A DNA stretch of 64,000 nucleotides from Octopus sinensis (Eukaryota), in assembly GCF_006345805.1 (NCBI RefSeq), contig NC_043003.1:89652001-89716000 (forward strand), given 5' to 3'. The notes below the pieces were generated by a model. That model saw only the letters and a list, made by a program, of their open reading frames with translations. It searched no databases and was not told the origin of the DNA. The translations under genes were made by a program, and so were the position numbers. Of this stretch, positions 39,401 to 53,302 are shown piece after piece (within the stretch, counting starts at the first letter, position 1; every line of letters starts with the position of its first letter).

Positions 39401-40300
39401 TACAAGAATAGCATGCAGTTCAATGCTGAAAAGTTTCAAGCTTTTTGCTATTAGCATGCAAAACTAAATGCAATACCCAATAAATACACTGGACCTGGAG
39501 GGATTGCAATCCCAGAGGCACAATCAGTGCGAGACCTGGGTATTTACATGAGTAATGATGCAACCTTTCATGTGCATGTTGCTAAATTGGCAATAAAATG
39601 TAGGTGGCTGAGTGGATGGATTCTTAGAGCTTTTAGAACAAGAGACCAGGAAACCATGATGGTCCTCTGGAAGACACTTGTCCTAAGCCACTTTGACTAT
39701 TGCTTTCAGCTATGGTCACCAACCAGTGTCAAGTTAATCACAGAACTTGAGGCGATCCAACAAAGCTACACAAAGAAGATAGCCTCTATGCAGCATATAA
39801 GCTATTGGGAAAGACTCAAGAAATTAAGACTCTATTCCTTAGAGCGTAGGTGAGAAAGATATGCCATAATATACATCTGGAAGATCCTGGAAGGACTTGT
39901 CCCAAACTTTGGCATCGAGAGTTTCACAAATACTAGAACTGGACACCACTGCACAGTGCCAAGGACTCCAAATTTGCCATCAAGATGTAGGACAAGATAC
40001 TGTGATAGCCTGGGCTTCAGAGGTCCACAGCTCTTCAATATCCTCCCGAAGGACCTGAGAGGCCTGCATGGGGTGGATGCAGATGTCTTTAAAATAAAAC
40101 TGGATCTCTTTCTGTCAGGTGTCCCAGATAAACCAACTTCACGACAGGAGGTGCAGATGAGGGCAGCTGCATCAAACTCTCTCATGCACCAAATGTCAAT
40201 TGCTAAAAAGCATTCGTGATGTAAAATCCTGTAGCAACACCGAATGGCGGTGCCCCAGCATGGCCACAGCTCGTGAGCTGAAACTAGATGAAATGAAAAA
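36452..40300 (+). mobile_element. near full-length CR1-group LINE (ORF1 with Cys/His motif, APE-RT ORF2 with stops), in ETFBKMT intron 2
   Basis: 5' AGACGTG motif at 36473, ORF1 remnant CKFYLKDVCWHG, APE LLNIRGL..ETH..MGDFNLP, RT YLDFAKAFDKV, VPQGTVLGPLLF and YADDTK, C-terminal YWERLKKLRLYSLERR, and a stem-loop/A tail at 40243-40300. Confidence 0.9.
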
Positions 40301-40354
40301 AAAAAAAATTAAATATATATATATATATAATATATATATATATTATATATATAT

Positions 40355-40578
40355 CATCATCGTCATCATCATTTAGCATCTGCTTTCCATGCTGGTATGG
40401 GTTAGACAGTTTGACTGGAACTGGTAAGCTGATGAGTTGCACCAGGTTCTAGTCTGATTTGATATGGTTTCTACAGCTAGATGCCTTTCCTAATGCCAAG
40501 CACTCCAAGAGTGTAATGGGTGCTTTTTACATGCCAGCAGTTTTGAATGTTTTTATGTGCCAATGCCAGTTATGTGAC

Positions 40579-40617
<39 letters not shown>

Positions 40618-41270
40618 TTTCTACTATAGACACAAAACCTGAAATTTTGGTGAAGGGACATTGACCCCATTGCTTGACTGATACTTATTTTATCAGCCCC
40701 AAAAGGATGAAAGGCAAAGTTGACCTCAGTGACATTTGGACTCAGATGAATGAAATACGGCTAACCATTTTGTCCAGTGTGCTTATGATTCTGACAACTT
40801 ACCATCCTAATAATAATGATGACGACGACGACAATGACAACAACAACAACAACCTCATCATCGTCATCATCATTTAGCATCTGCTTTCCATGCTGGTATG
40901 GGTTAGATGGTTTGACTGGAACTGGTAAGCTGATGAGTTGCACCAGGTTCTAGTCTGATTTGACATGGTTTCTACAGCTAGATGCCTTTCCTAATGCCAA
41001 GCACTCCAAGAGTGTAGTGGATGCTTTTTATGTGTCACTGGCACAGGTGCCATATACATGGCACTGGCAACAGCCACAACTATGATTTCATGGGTGCCAT
41101 TTATATGACACTGGTAACAACCACCACTATGATTTCACTTAGCTTGACGAGTCTTCTCAAGCACAGCATATTGCCAAAGATTTTGCTCCCTTGTCATCCC
41201 CTCTGTTAGGTCCAACATTTGAAGATCCTGCTTCACCACCTCAACCCATGTCTTCCTGGGTCTACCTCTT
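40355..41270 (-). mobile_element. two RTE 3' UTR fragments (40355-40560 and 40855-41270)
   Basis: (CAT)n-ttagcatctgctttccatgctgg.. occurs twice, nearly identical. The second copy extends into the RTE ORF end. Confidence 0.8.
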
Positions 41271-42281
41271 GCAAATTAATTTTGAACTCAGTTTCTCTTC
41301 TACTATCCACAATTCTATAGTCCCCCTAAAGCAGAATAATATTTCAATACACTGGCTTGAGCATGGCTATGCAATCAAGAAGTTCATTTATGAACCATGT
41401 AATTTCAGATTCAGTCCCATTGTGCAGCTGCTTAGTCAAGTGTCTTCTGCTATAGTTCTGGGCCAACCCAAAGCATTGTGAGTGGATTGCATGCATGTGT
41501 GCATGCTTTGAGGTTTTATCATGGTACTCTGTCCAAAAATGATTTCATCTTTGCATAATACTCTTGGTACTTCCAATGTTTTACTTCCTCCTTTCATCAA
41601 TGCTTTCTTTCTGTGCTAGTATATCAGAAGTTGATAAAACTTTCTTATTCAGATTTATCCCTCATCTCTATAAAATGAGTGAAGAAATGATTTACTAAAA
41701 TGGTTTATGTTTGCCTTCTTCAGAACTTCAGATAAAAAATTGCAAACTAATAAATCACTTCAACAATATATAATGCTACTATTTGCAGTGGCAAGCAGTA
41801 CATCTTCATGGGGCCTGTTTACAGCTTTTTCTTACCCCTATCTCAGCCCTGATTTGGCTGATCAGAGGCATTCTAGCCATGATTGTCCTATCTTTTATTC
41901 AGTCATACTATTCAATATGTTTTCTTATTTTAAAATGGTATGATCTGAGGAAGATTTGGCTGTTATTTTTTGCAGTTTGAGCAGTCATGCTGTGGCCCTC
42001 TTATTGGCTCCTATTTCTCAGCCCTGATTGTGAGAATAGAGGTATTCCAGCTATGATCATCTTGTTCTTTTAGCAGTATGTAGGATGATATCTTCCAGTA
42101 TATCTTTTCTTTTAATAGGATGCTATTTCTTACAGGTCAAGAGACCATATAAAATTCTGTTTGCAACTCATATAGGCTGATTGAGTGCTGTCCTTCCTAT
42201 GAGCTCCATACATTATTATTATTGATGAATGTACTTTGTTTCATTTCATTTACTAATCCATTCCAATTTTTGTATTTCCAG

Positions 42282-42646
42282 TGGCAATTGCTGCAATCAG
42301 AATGAATTCTGCATTAAATAATGTTACAGTAAACACAGATAATAGAAACTTGTTTCATGAAAAGACATTGTCTACAAATGTTGTGCTTCTTGGGGACATG
42401 CTTTATGACATCGGTCTTACAGTAAATGTAGCTAGGTGGATGAAGAATTTACCAAATAACACTTTGGTTTTAATTGGAGATCCAGGCCGTTCAGAATCTC
42501 ATCTATATCTCAGTAAAATGAACTTCAAAAAAGTTGTAGAATATGAATTAACCCCCACTGCTAAAATGGAGAATAATGGTATCCACTCTAGTTCAGTATG
42601 GATTTGGGAGAGATGGAGAGCAAGTCCTTTTGTAGAGAAGATATAA
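42282..42646 (+). CDS. ETFBKMT: ETFBKMT exon 3
   Basis: Acceptor TTTCCAG at 42281, motifs VVLLGDMLYD, VLIGDPGR, KVVEY and ENNG..VW. The joined CDS is 290+131+365=786 nt, 261 aa. Confidence 0.93.
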
Positions 42647-42686
42647 AAATTATAGATATGTTTTATTCTAATATTTAAATTTATGA

Positions 42687-42692
42687 AATAAA
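42687..42692 (+). promoter_or_regulatory. putative polyadenylation signal of ETFBKMT
   Basis: AATAAA 41 nt after the stop codon. Confidence 0.55.
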
Positions 42693-43729
42693 GTTTCTCA
42701 AATGTTTCTTATTTCACTTTGATGATGAAGTTCACCCATTCCACTTTTTCATCACACCATCTAAATACTGGAAAATACTGTAGTATACAAAATAGTTTAT
42801 CCTAGTTTTCATAGAAATGAGCTGACAAGTTAATATTAGGAATTGCAATTCCTACTAATTCCTATTAAAGGAATTTGAACATCACTGTAATAGAGTGATC
42901 AATTTGATGTTCACATATCTCTTAATAGATACAATACAGAAACTATAGTTCTTTACTGCAGTATATTGGATATTAAGATAGTGACTATTTCCAGTAAAGA
43001 GCCATAGCTTCAGAATGGTACCTAGGCAAACACCAAATTGACTACATAAACTACAGCCCTGAATCATATCTTTGAAGCAAGCTATGAAATTTCACTGGTG
43101 ATAGCAAAAAATGGGAAAAATCATACAAATGGAGAAGGATCTGATATACCTGCAATATCTGTTTTTCTCAAAACAGTTCTTCAAAAAGGCACCAAAGACA
43201 TCCAAAATAAGCCATTGAGGCAGCAACAGAATAAATGACATGGGGCAATATGCTGAAAAACAACTTGTTGGAGAAGTTGAAATCATAAAAGTTCTGAAAA
43301 CAAATAAATGAATCTACTTTTTGAGAGATTGAAACTCTGTTATCGATGCATCGTGTTGACATGGAAAATTTTCAAGGACAGAGTTTAGCAAAACGTGGTA
43401 TTTATACTCCTTACTCACACACAGGCCATTAATATGTTGTTCTAAATAGATTTGGAGATCCATTGCACATACAGATTTTTACCCATCAAAATCAATTTGC
43501 TGGATTGGAGGTGGGGCGCAGGTGAACTAATTACAAAATTGTTAAATTCACTAATTAAATGTTGCCTACACAAACATTGATTGTCAAAATTTCCTGTTTA
43601 GGAATTTTGTATATAGAAATAAAAGAAAAGATAAGAACTAATCAGGATGTTTTTTGTTTTTTTATTTAAACACTATTTTACTGTCTTCTACATATCTCCC
43701 TCTTGAATATATATGTTGGATCTTGCAGG

Positions 43730-44200
43730 CATGAAGTGGATTCGATCCACCATAGCCAAATTTAAATTAACAGTTCAACAGAACTTTTCTCACAGTCGAA
43801 CAATGGTTTTTCTCTGATAGCAGTTTTACATTTGCCAGATTGCCTTTAGCTAGGCCGAAATAATGTCTTTGCCACTTGGCCCTTATAACCTCTTCTACTT
43901 CACCAAATGCTAGAATAGAGTTATCACAGTACCACCAACGAAGCCCATTGTTCTCAACAATATGTCTATCCTTCTGGATAGTCATAAAAGCAAGAGCACC
44001 AAGCAAAAACGAGTAGTCACTTGGTGACAATTGAATGAGTCGGCTCATGACAACTCAATCAGTTAGGGAATGGACTACTAGAAGCATGATCATAAGCAAG
44101 GCAGCTACTAAAGACAACAGTCAGACAGAGAAATGAAATTTACTGTCAGCAACTGTGAGACAATGTCCCACGACCCTACAACTTTCACTAGCTCTAATTC
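43730..44200 (-). repeat. unclassified interspersed repeat (possible solo LTR), copy 2
   Basis: Homologous to 25211-25656. Confidence 0.55.
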
Positions 44201-44505
44201 TGTTCTCTTACAACATCATTCTATCAATATCTGTGGATTACTACTAACAGCGTGTACACAAAACTATACAAAGAAAAATTCTCCCACATCTAACTTTCTT
44301 TCGCATGCTCTCAGATTTTACAATCTGCCTGACGAGGCAAGGTATTTTCAATGTAACGGTAAATAAATACTTTCTTAAAGTTTCATGCATTGTCCATCTT
44401 TCACATCCTACAACATGCCATTATAACAACAAATTTTTATTGTTACAATTGTTGACTTCAACATTTCATATTATTGTGTACCTAATCAATCTTAACCATT
44501 ACATA

Positions 44506-45095
44506 TACAGGTCAAAATAATGGAAACACCTTAGCATCATAATTTTGAAATATCTATAAAACCATCAAAAGCTTGTTTATTTTTATATTTTTTGATTTAT
44601 TATTAGTGTTACTTAATATGTTTTGCTGAAATTGCTGTCAGATATCATCTAAAAAATATAATTAAAATTCATTAACATGATAGATCTATCGGACTTTCAA
44701 AGAGGTTAAATTGCTGGTCCTCGTATTGCAGGCACTAGTTTAACAAAAACAGCCAAAATGTTTGGTGTATCAAAGAAGTACTGTCTCGAAAGTAATGACA
44801 ACCTTTGAGAAAGAGGAAAAAACCTCCTTGTTGAAACAAAACTCCGGAAGAAATTACATGAATTGTTTGAAAGGATCACTAAAGTACAGCTCCCAAAATT
44901 ACTGCAGAGCTTAATGACCACCTTGAGAACCCAGTTTCCACAAAAAACTGTTTGTCAGGAGCTGCACAAAGCTGGATTTCTCAAGAGAGCTGCAATCAGA
45001 AAACCACTACTTTCAAAAACAAACATTGCAAAGCGTTTAGAGTGGAGTAAAACCCTACAGAATTGGTCCCTGGAGCATGTTGATATGTTCAATGT
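44506..45095 (+). mobile_element. Tc1-like transposon 5' half
   Basis: TA-CAGGTCAAAATAATGGAAACACC end-like motif, then MIDLSDFQRG..TKTAKMFGVSK and AAIRKPLLSKTNIAKRLEW. Confidence 0.82.
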
Positions 45096-45250
45096 TTGAT
45101 ATATCCCACATTATAACAACGTATTTTGTCATCTGCTTGACTAGCCCATATGGCGTACCTTGCCAACTGACCCTGTTTACTGTGTCTGTCTACTATTTAT
45201 CAGTAGTGGAACAGCCCACTTTTTACTTGGGAGTGTCTGCCACAACACCT
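45095..45250. repeat. uninterrupted copy of the unit into which the ORF1-only element is inserted
   Basis: 45099-45167 matches 45602-45670 and 45166-45249 matches 47412-47493. Confidence 0.85.
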
Positions 45251-45670
45251 CCCCACTTTGAGATTTTTTTCTCTTCTTTTACACAGCATTATTTACACAG
45301 AATGCCGCAGGTAGTACCAGTATACATTGTTAACTGGTATTGCTACTAACACATAGCAATCTGACTTAAATCCTTCATACAGATTTATATTATATTTCAC
45401 TGTGTGTAGTTCAGTTCTGTGTTAGAGTTCCAGTTTTATCAGACATTTTTTCAGTAGAATTTATATATTTTTCACTGCATGTATATTATTTTTTATTGTG
45501 TGTATTTCTTCCATTTTGACACTCCTATGAGTGTTCATAAACTCGTATGCTGCTGTTCTAATGACACCATTATGCAGTGGAAGGTATTCTCATTGCCACA
45601 GATATGTCCCACATTATGATGACGTATTTTGTTGTCTGCATGACTGGCCTGTATGGTGTACCTTGCCAAC

Positions 45671-47411
45671 CGTATTTCCTTTATTTGGCATGCAGGCCGT
45701 AACACAGAGGGGACATCACAAGGACAGACAAAACACCACAGTGGGAACAAGAAACACAGAACGAACGAATGAAGGATGGATAACAACAATGAGGATGAAA
45801 TGGCTTACCTGCTCCCCACTCACAGGCAGTATCATTGAAATGCTTTTCATTTAACGTTTATAAATCAGTTCTTTTTTTCCCCTTTTTGCATCTATTTTTA
45901 CAGTCATTTTAATTTTTTTAATATTTACTTACTTTTTAAAATTTTTTTTATTTTTACCATTTTATCTACGGCAACAGGCTGTCGTACTCTACTACTGGCA
46001 GCAAGTTGTCAAACTCGACGAGCACTCCCGTTGGGTCTATCTTATTTCCAAACAGTTCTCATAGTTTTTCACATCTCTTATCATCAATAACAATTGCTTT
46101 GGTGCTTTCTGGATAGTATTCCATCGTTATTTTCACTATTACTGTTTTCATTTTTGTGATTTTCTTCTCTATCTCTGTACTTTACGTATATGTTACCATA
46201 TGCCATTTTTACGTTTTGGTTCTTTTTTATTTGTTTGTTTCTGTAGTCCCACTTGTTTTTCTGCATTGGCTTCCTTTGATGTTGTTCGTATCTCATGTTG
46301 TGCTTCTTGTTTACTCTCCTTTCTTTTCTTTAGTGGTCTCTTTGGCGGTGAGTCCATGTCTTCTTTCCTTTTCTTCTTCCTATTCATTCCTCCTCCATTT
46401 TCTCTGGACACTTCTCATATACTGGGTTTGTCACTTTGGCATTTTGCTCCTGCTCGTTACCCTGCTGCTGTTGTTCTTTTTCACCTTTATCATTGTTCTA
46501 GGGACACCTTGCTCTCATGTGTACCCTTATGCCACACTTGTAACAGGTTGGAGGTCTTCCCTCCACCACTACTCCCAATTTCACATCCTCTGGTAGTATT
46601 ACCTCCTCCGCTATCTTATGCAAGTCTTGTAAACTGACTTGGATGGCCACTTTGAGGCCATAGCCCCATTCTTGTCACTTTCAACACCTTCACATCCTCC
46701 TCCATATTATACAGGATCGCTGCCACCAGCCACACCTCCTCAATCTCCGGGGGTACTATGCCAATCCTTACCCTGGCCACTCATTTGCCTCAGTAAGTCA
46801 GCAGAAGTACCCACTCCGGTGTCCTTAGCACCACAATGGAGTGGTTTATCATTTCTTGTTCACTAGCGAACCTCATCTCCACTGTGCCATGTTTCCTCCT
46901 TCTTGTGTAAAATGTTGTGGGGCTTTTAACCTCCTTTAAGTATTCCTCTGTAGCCTCTACTGTAGCTATTTCTATTTTTTCGATGTCGTGGACAGTGTTC
47001 TATACACTACTGTCTACTTCATCACACTCACTGTTAAATTTTCTGGCAGTGTCAACCTCAAACTGGTTCCATCTTTCTCTATGAGTCTGTTGAACTCCTT
47101 CAACTTCCTCTGCTCCATCTTTATCTCTCGTACCTGCAACATATCAGCTGTCAAACTTCTTCCAGTGGCTGAAGCATAGCTGCCGGCTGGAACTGGTTTG
47201 CACTTATCCTCTGCTTTTTGTCTACTTCACCCATGAATGGGGAAGAAAACAATTGTAATTTCACAGAAAAAAACAGCAACAATTCAGCAGTTTAACAATG
47301 ATATTCAACAAGTAAGTAGGTTCACCCTTATGGAAGACCTTCAACAAGTATATAACAATTTAACTCACAGGGATTAAAAATGATTAAGAAAACACCAAAA
47401 ATAGCTCACTG
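45671..47411 (-). mobile_element. ORF1-only (HAL1-like) L1/Tx1 derivative
   Basis: Minus strand WGYGLKVAIQVSLQDL..GVVVEGRPPTCYKCGIRVHMRARC is homologous to ORF1 at 23600-24088. No ORF2 is present. The 3' tail gtccttgtgatgtccc..aataaagg resembles 15605-15655. Confidence 0.75.
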
Positions 47412-48384
47412 ACTGACCCTGCTTGCTGTGTCTATTCACTATTTATCAGTAGTGGAACAGCCCACTTCTCACTTGGGGCTGTCCACCACAACAATGTTGT
47501 AACAGGGCTGGTTGTTGCATGTTTGAATGTAACAATGTCCCAATATAACATGGAAATAAGTGAATGCAGAAATAAATGTCAGAAGGCTTGTTTTGCTTTT
47601 AAAGCATAGTAATTTATTTGGGATTGTTGACAAGTGCTGAAAAAAGTGAGCATAGATATGTAGGAGTCAGGGAGATCCATGAAAACTTACATAAGTAGGT
47701 TAGAAGTTTGCAGTGCTAAGAATGTAAGAAAAACGATCAGGCAGTTGCTGATGTGAAATGTCAAGATCTGTGCGCTGTTGGTTGTGGAGATCTGTTCACC
47801 AGTCAACGAGATCTGTTCACTGATGGTTATAGCATCAAGATCTGCTGACTGACTGCAAAAAGGCACACTCTTTTTCTTTTGTAGAGCTAGCAAATCAGGC
47901 ATCTATGCATGAGGCAATACAACTGGCTGTACACTAGCTACATCATGCATAGATGGAAGACCACTATGCCAGAAGTAGTTCGACTACACTACAAAATTCA
48001 ACATTGCCTTTCATTCCAAATTGGGTTGATGAACCAAAGTGTCAGTAAGTAAAGGATCATCTAACCTCACCCTTGAAAATGTGCCTTGAACCAAAATTAT
48101 AAACAATTATTTCTATTTTAGGGTGTCTAATGGACAGAAAAATAAGAGTATTGGACAAAATGCCAAACAAGATTTCTTCTAGGTTTTTTACATTCTCAAT
48201 TCAAATACTGCCAAGGTCAACTTTGCTTTTCATCTTTGTGGAGCTGAAAAAATAAGTACCAGTTAAATACCTTTCCTCGTCTCACGCAAACTTATCTTAT
48301 TTTACAAATTTTAATTAGAAAAAATAGTTTCTAATTGAATGAAATGGAATATAATGCAAATGTGTTTTAGCTGAACAATATATA

Positions 48385-48550
48385 TAGCCACAAGCATAAC
48401 TATGTGGATAAGAAGCCTGCTTCCCAACCATGTGATCCCTGGTTCAGTTCCACTGAGCAGTACCTAGGGCAAGTGTCTTCTATTATAGCTCCAGGCAAAC
48501 CTAACCTTTTTAAGTGGATTTGGTAGATAAAAACTAAAATAAGTCTGTCA
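48385..48550 (+). mobile_element. degenerate SINE 5' half
   Basis: Aligns with 10527-10680. Confidence 0.7.
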
Positions 48551-48620
48551 CAAACACACACATATCTATCTATCTATCTGTCTGTCTGTCTGTCTGTCTA
48601 TCTCTCTCTATATATATATA

Positions 48621-50190
48621 TCTATATATAATAATCTATCTATATCTTTTATATAGATATACTCCTTAGGCATTCCAAAACAGAGTTGCCGATTTTAACG
48701 TATGGGGTATCAAAAGATTCAGTAGGCTTTTGGCTACCAACTAAACTATATTTCCATTCACATATTTGCATTACAAAAATTTAACATTGTCATTTTTCTT
48801 TTAGTCACCTATTGTAAACAACATTTTATATCACCACCACAATGATGATGACATCACATTTTCTATATGAGTGTGTTCGCGTGTTCGTTACCTACGTTAG
48901 GCCGATGACTGACAAGTATATGTGTATGACGGTGTATGTGTCTGCCAGTATACATACATTTTTGTGACGACCGACACACACAGGGACAGTGATAGGCTTC
49001 AGGTGTGCGTTAATGTATGTGCGTGTATGTCTGTCTCTTAGTTTATGTATGTGACTTTCTCCCATCCGACAGTGAAACATGCCGATATTGAAAGTTTACT
49101 TGTGGTCTTGACTTTAAACAAACAACAGCGTAAACTTTGAAGTACTACCAACATGAAGATTTGGCTGATTTAACACCACTCACAATACTCACAAATATAT
49201 CTGAAAAAAATGTTGTTTTGGTTATTATAACAAATTCGGAAACTTGGCCAAGTAGAAAGCCTCAGCAGCTCTTTCAATATAATTACAGAAACCAGTCCTC
49301 CTAAGCTTCATCACTGTGAGTATCAACGTTGCACAACCTTTTTACTGCGTTATTATTTATTCTACAGCCTGTAACATTACACAATTAAAAAAATATGTAG
49401 TAATGTCAAATTAATTTATATCTTGCTACATTCATCCTTCAGCAAATATTTTTGATTAATGTTACAACAGCATCTTCCTTTCTATACACTTGGTTCAGCG
49501 TTCGTTTCAAAATTGTAAAATAAATTATTTTTGTATGAAAAATTGAATTAAGCCTTCTGAATTTTCTTGGACTTTCTCTTTCTTCACTGTGACGTTCAAT
49601 CATGAATTTTATAACATTTAGTACATGTTCCAAATAAATGTTGACTTTCTGTACTTTCTTACATTGGTGACGCATAGTAACTTTTGCTAAATTGGTGACT
49701 TTCCATTTTTTTATAGCATAACTATGCTACAGAAAGTATATTTTTGCACCTATATTGACTACATTTCGTTTCGCTTGAACTTCCTTATGTGTATATTTTG
49801 CTGTTTTCAATATTATCAATTCAATGACTGTGTGTTTCTGCGTTCCTTACGGCTATAGTAAACTATAGTACAGAACATTTTATGCTGTTTTAACGTGCCT
49901 ACATCTAATGAAGTAGCCATCCTTATGGTGATCCCCATGAAAATCATGATATTCCCATTTGTGTTTGAGATAAAAGCCTTAAATGTGTTTCTCAGACACA
50001 TTCCTTTTATCATGCTTTCCGGTATACTCTTGTTCTGTGGAATAGACAAGATGGGTCTCATTTCAATATTCCATGGATTGAACCTGCAACAAGATAGCCA
50101 ATTACAAACAAAAAGGTGTCGTCAAATGACTTCTATTCTCACCAACTGATGTTAAGACTAGAACAATCAAATTAATTACACATCTCAAAT
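48621..50190 (+). mobile_element. Helitron 5' leader plus Rep N-terminal remnant
   Basis: Homologous to 11470-9400 on the opposite strand. NVPTSNEVAILMV..KKVSSNDFYSHQLMLR at 49890-50160. Confidence 0.85.
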
Positions 50191-51099
50191 AAAATTTTTA
50201 TTCTCATTTACATATTTTCTACGTTATCTCAACAACCAGCTATAGTTATTTTCAACTTCTCTACAACGACCACGTTTCATTAGGAAATGAAAATAGTTTC
50301 TCACTTTCAATTTGAACCAAAATTACAAAGTGTTGCATTATGAGAGTGACGATCTGTGAATAATAAAAGTAATGTTTCTCCGAATTAGTCACATGTGTAT
50401 TATAATAAAGAAAGCTGCTTATTATATATCTACCAAATAATCTATGTTTTTAACTTGGCAACTCTTTTTTACAACTAAAATAACCTCAGCAACTAGGTTG
50501 GGTCGCACAATTTTCAGGTCATATTTGGGCAATATTCCGATTTGCTTCCAATGTTTCACTTTCGTCTGATGCGTAGATTTCTACTCAGACAAACATTTAT
50601 GAAAATGTACACATAAATATTGTATTAAAATAAGTCACAACAAAAAAAGTGCATTAAAAGACATCCATTTCTCTATATGTTATCAGGAAATACAATCACA
50701 CACTCTCTCTCTCTCACGCACAAAAAAAGATTATTTTTGGTAATCCATGGAGAAAAAACAGAGTACAAATTCTTAAGAATTTTACCCATCACCTCACCAC
50801 TTTCAAAAAGCTACACACTCCCAATGTTTCACTTTCAGCTTTTTGGAAAACAGGGAAGTTTCTTCAGAAATAATGCCATTTACCTGTTGTTTCTAGCATG
50901 TCAGGTTTTCTGGTGGTGGTCTGGTATTTTTAAGTTTACTATTTCAGTAGAATTCTACGCATGCAGGAAACATCAGCCAAAAGTGAAAGATTGGGAGACT
51001 TTAACTTTTTGAAAGCTGGTAGGTGATGGGTGGGCGAGATGGAGGAAGGGGCATTGAATGCTTCATTAAGAAAAAGTAAACTATAAAAAATATACAAAA

Positions 51100-52450
51100 A
51101 CACCCTACTAATATCCTTCAATGTAGTCAAGCTCTATTCTAATATCTCCCACAGCCTAGGAATAGAGGCAATTCAATTCTGGCTAGAGAATCACGCCAAC
51201 AAACTCCCACATTGCATCAAAAAAGAATTCGTAATAGAAGGGCTAAAATTCAACTTGGAGAATAACTACTTTGTCTTCAAAGACAACTTCTATCAACAAA
51301 AATCAGGGACTATCTAGGATCAGTCTCTATCGTAAGGTACTAGAAAAATACGGCAATCCATTCTCCCTATACATAGAAAATAACTGGAAGAGGTATCTGG
51401 GTGACTGTTTCATTCGTTGGCATGAAAGTATAGAGAGACTTAAAGAATTTCAAGCACTTATAAACGGACTTGATGTAAACATTCAATTCACGATGGAATA
51501 TAGCCAGCAACAACTTTCCTTCCTTGACATCCTCATTAAGAAATCTAACAACGTAATAGAAACAGATATATACTATAAGCTCACAGAATCCAAGCAATAT
51601 CTACTGTTCACCTCATGCCACCTCAGACACACTAGAATGAATATCCCTTTCAACCTAGCAAAAAGGATTTGTACTATAGTTTCTAATACAAGCACCAGGG
51701 ACACACGACTACATGAACTAAAGGATACAATCATTAACAGGAACTACCCACCATCACTAATTGACATGTGCTTTTTGCTAGGTTGAATACATACATCTCC
51801 ACACACAACCCTCTTAACAATGAAGCCTTTGACACCATCCTCTTCGAGAACATTCCCCTACTAAAGAGGGATCACAGAATGAATTTAATCCTCCAAATGC
51901 ACACCATCATAAAGAGCAAAAGACAGCCCAAATCTATGAAAAGTCTCTTAACACAAGCCCGAATGCATTGAACAACAATGTAAAAAAATGCAGAAGACAA
52001 CTGTGGTATATGCGTCAACATAATTGAAGGATCAGAGTTCTCTTTCAAACAGGGTCAACGTTTTACAGTAAAAAGCAACTTCACATGCTTCAGAGAACCT
52101 GATATATGTATTAATTTGTTCTGGGTGTCGAGAGCAATACATAGGCCAAACCAAAAACAGTTTACATCAAAGGATCACATTCAGCAAATACATCGACATT
52201 TGCACCAATAACAAACAACCCAGCTTCAGAATGTTACCCCTCTATCAATTCAGGGACGATGCAACCTGTAGGTAGCGCATCAGTAAAGGGTCATACTTTA
52301 TCACAAAATATAAACCCCTTTTGAATGCGTCCATCATAAATGACACTTGTACAAGGGCCTTAGAATAATACCCACGCAAATATTAAAAATGATATATTCA
52401 GAACAGTGACTTCTCATGAAGGATACATCGAAGGATACTATACAGAACAA
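51100..52450 (+). mobile_element. Penelope-like element (RT + GIY-YIG), decayed
   Basis: SFNVVKLYSNI, WKRYLGDCFIRW, LSFLDILI, DIYYKLT, IPFNLAKRICTI, and LIYVLICSGCREQYIGQT. Confidence 0.88.
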
Positions 52451-52852
52451 TTACAACCACAATGGGTTACTATTAGGTCACTTGACCATTTAAGAGGATT
52501 CCACCAACATCCTACTACTGTCATACCACTCCTGCATTTTTATTATTCTTTCTCTTCTTCTTCACCACCTCCTTTCTCAACTACTACTGCTGCTTAAACA
52601 ATCAAAAGCAAGAATTCATATCAAATATTAGGATTACTACTACTACCAAGAACTCAAATGAGTAAAAAAGAGAGACAGAGACAGATAGAAAAAAAGAAAA
52701 TGTCCCTTGCATTTGAAAACTATGGAAATATTTAATTTTTCCACAATTTAATTGTTTTTCATGCTTTACTCTAAGTTGAAAAAGTTGCAAAGACTGAAAC
52801 CAATACTAAAATGTTCTTCATGATAAAATTATTTTAGCATTTTCTACCTTGT

Positions 52853-52899
<47 letters not shown>

Positions 52900-53242
52900 C
52901 CCAGATTTGTAATCTGTATTTTTATATGTAGATAACAAAAAAATTTTTTTTTAAGTCAGAAATTAAGAAATTGCGGTGGAGATAGGGGGAAGTTTAAATA
53001 TTGAAAATGTGATTTCTGGATAAAATCATATTAACCCGCTTTTATACGATGAAACGCTACCTAAGTTCTGATCCTTCTTAAGAACAGAAAGCACTTTCAT
53101 CCAAATTGTACCCACACCCTTCACTATTAAACAAACAATAGAAAATAACTGGAAGAGTTATTCCATTAACTATATATCAGCAGTGCCGATTCTGCTCATA
53201 AGAAAGGAGCAAATAATACAATGTGCTTGTAGGTCATAGTAC

Positions 53243-53269
53243 CAGAGCAACGCCGGGATGCATTGCTAG
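53243..53269 (+). mobile_element. Helitron 3' terminus
   Basis: CAGAGCAACGCCGGG-8 nt-CTAG|T. Confidence 0.65.
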
Positions 53270-53302
53270 TGTGTGTATATTATATATATATAATTAGATG
53301 TT

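Noticed and set aside
47412-47470. CTGATAA..GAAT..GTC hammerhead-like pattern in the target unit of the ORF1-only element
   Set aside because: Two core positions are wrong and the stems are out of register.
52405-52445. CTCATGAAGG..TCGAAG hammerhead-like remnant after the Penelope ORF
   Set aside because: The core is mutated and the stems cannot be built.
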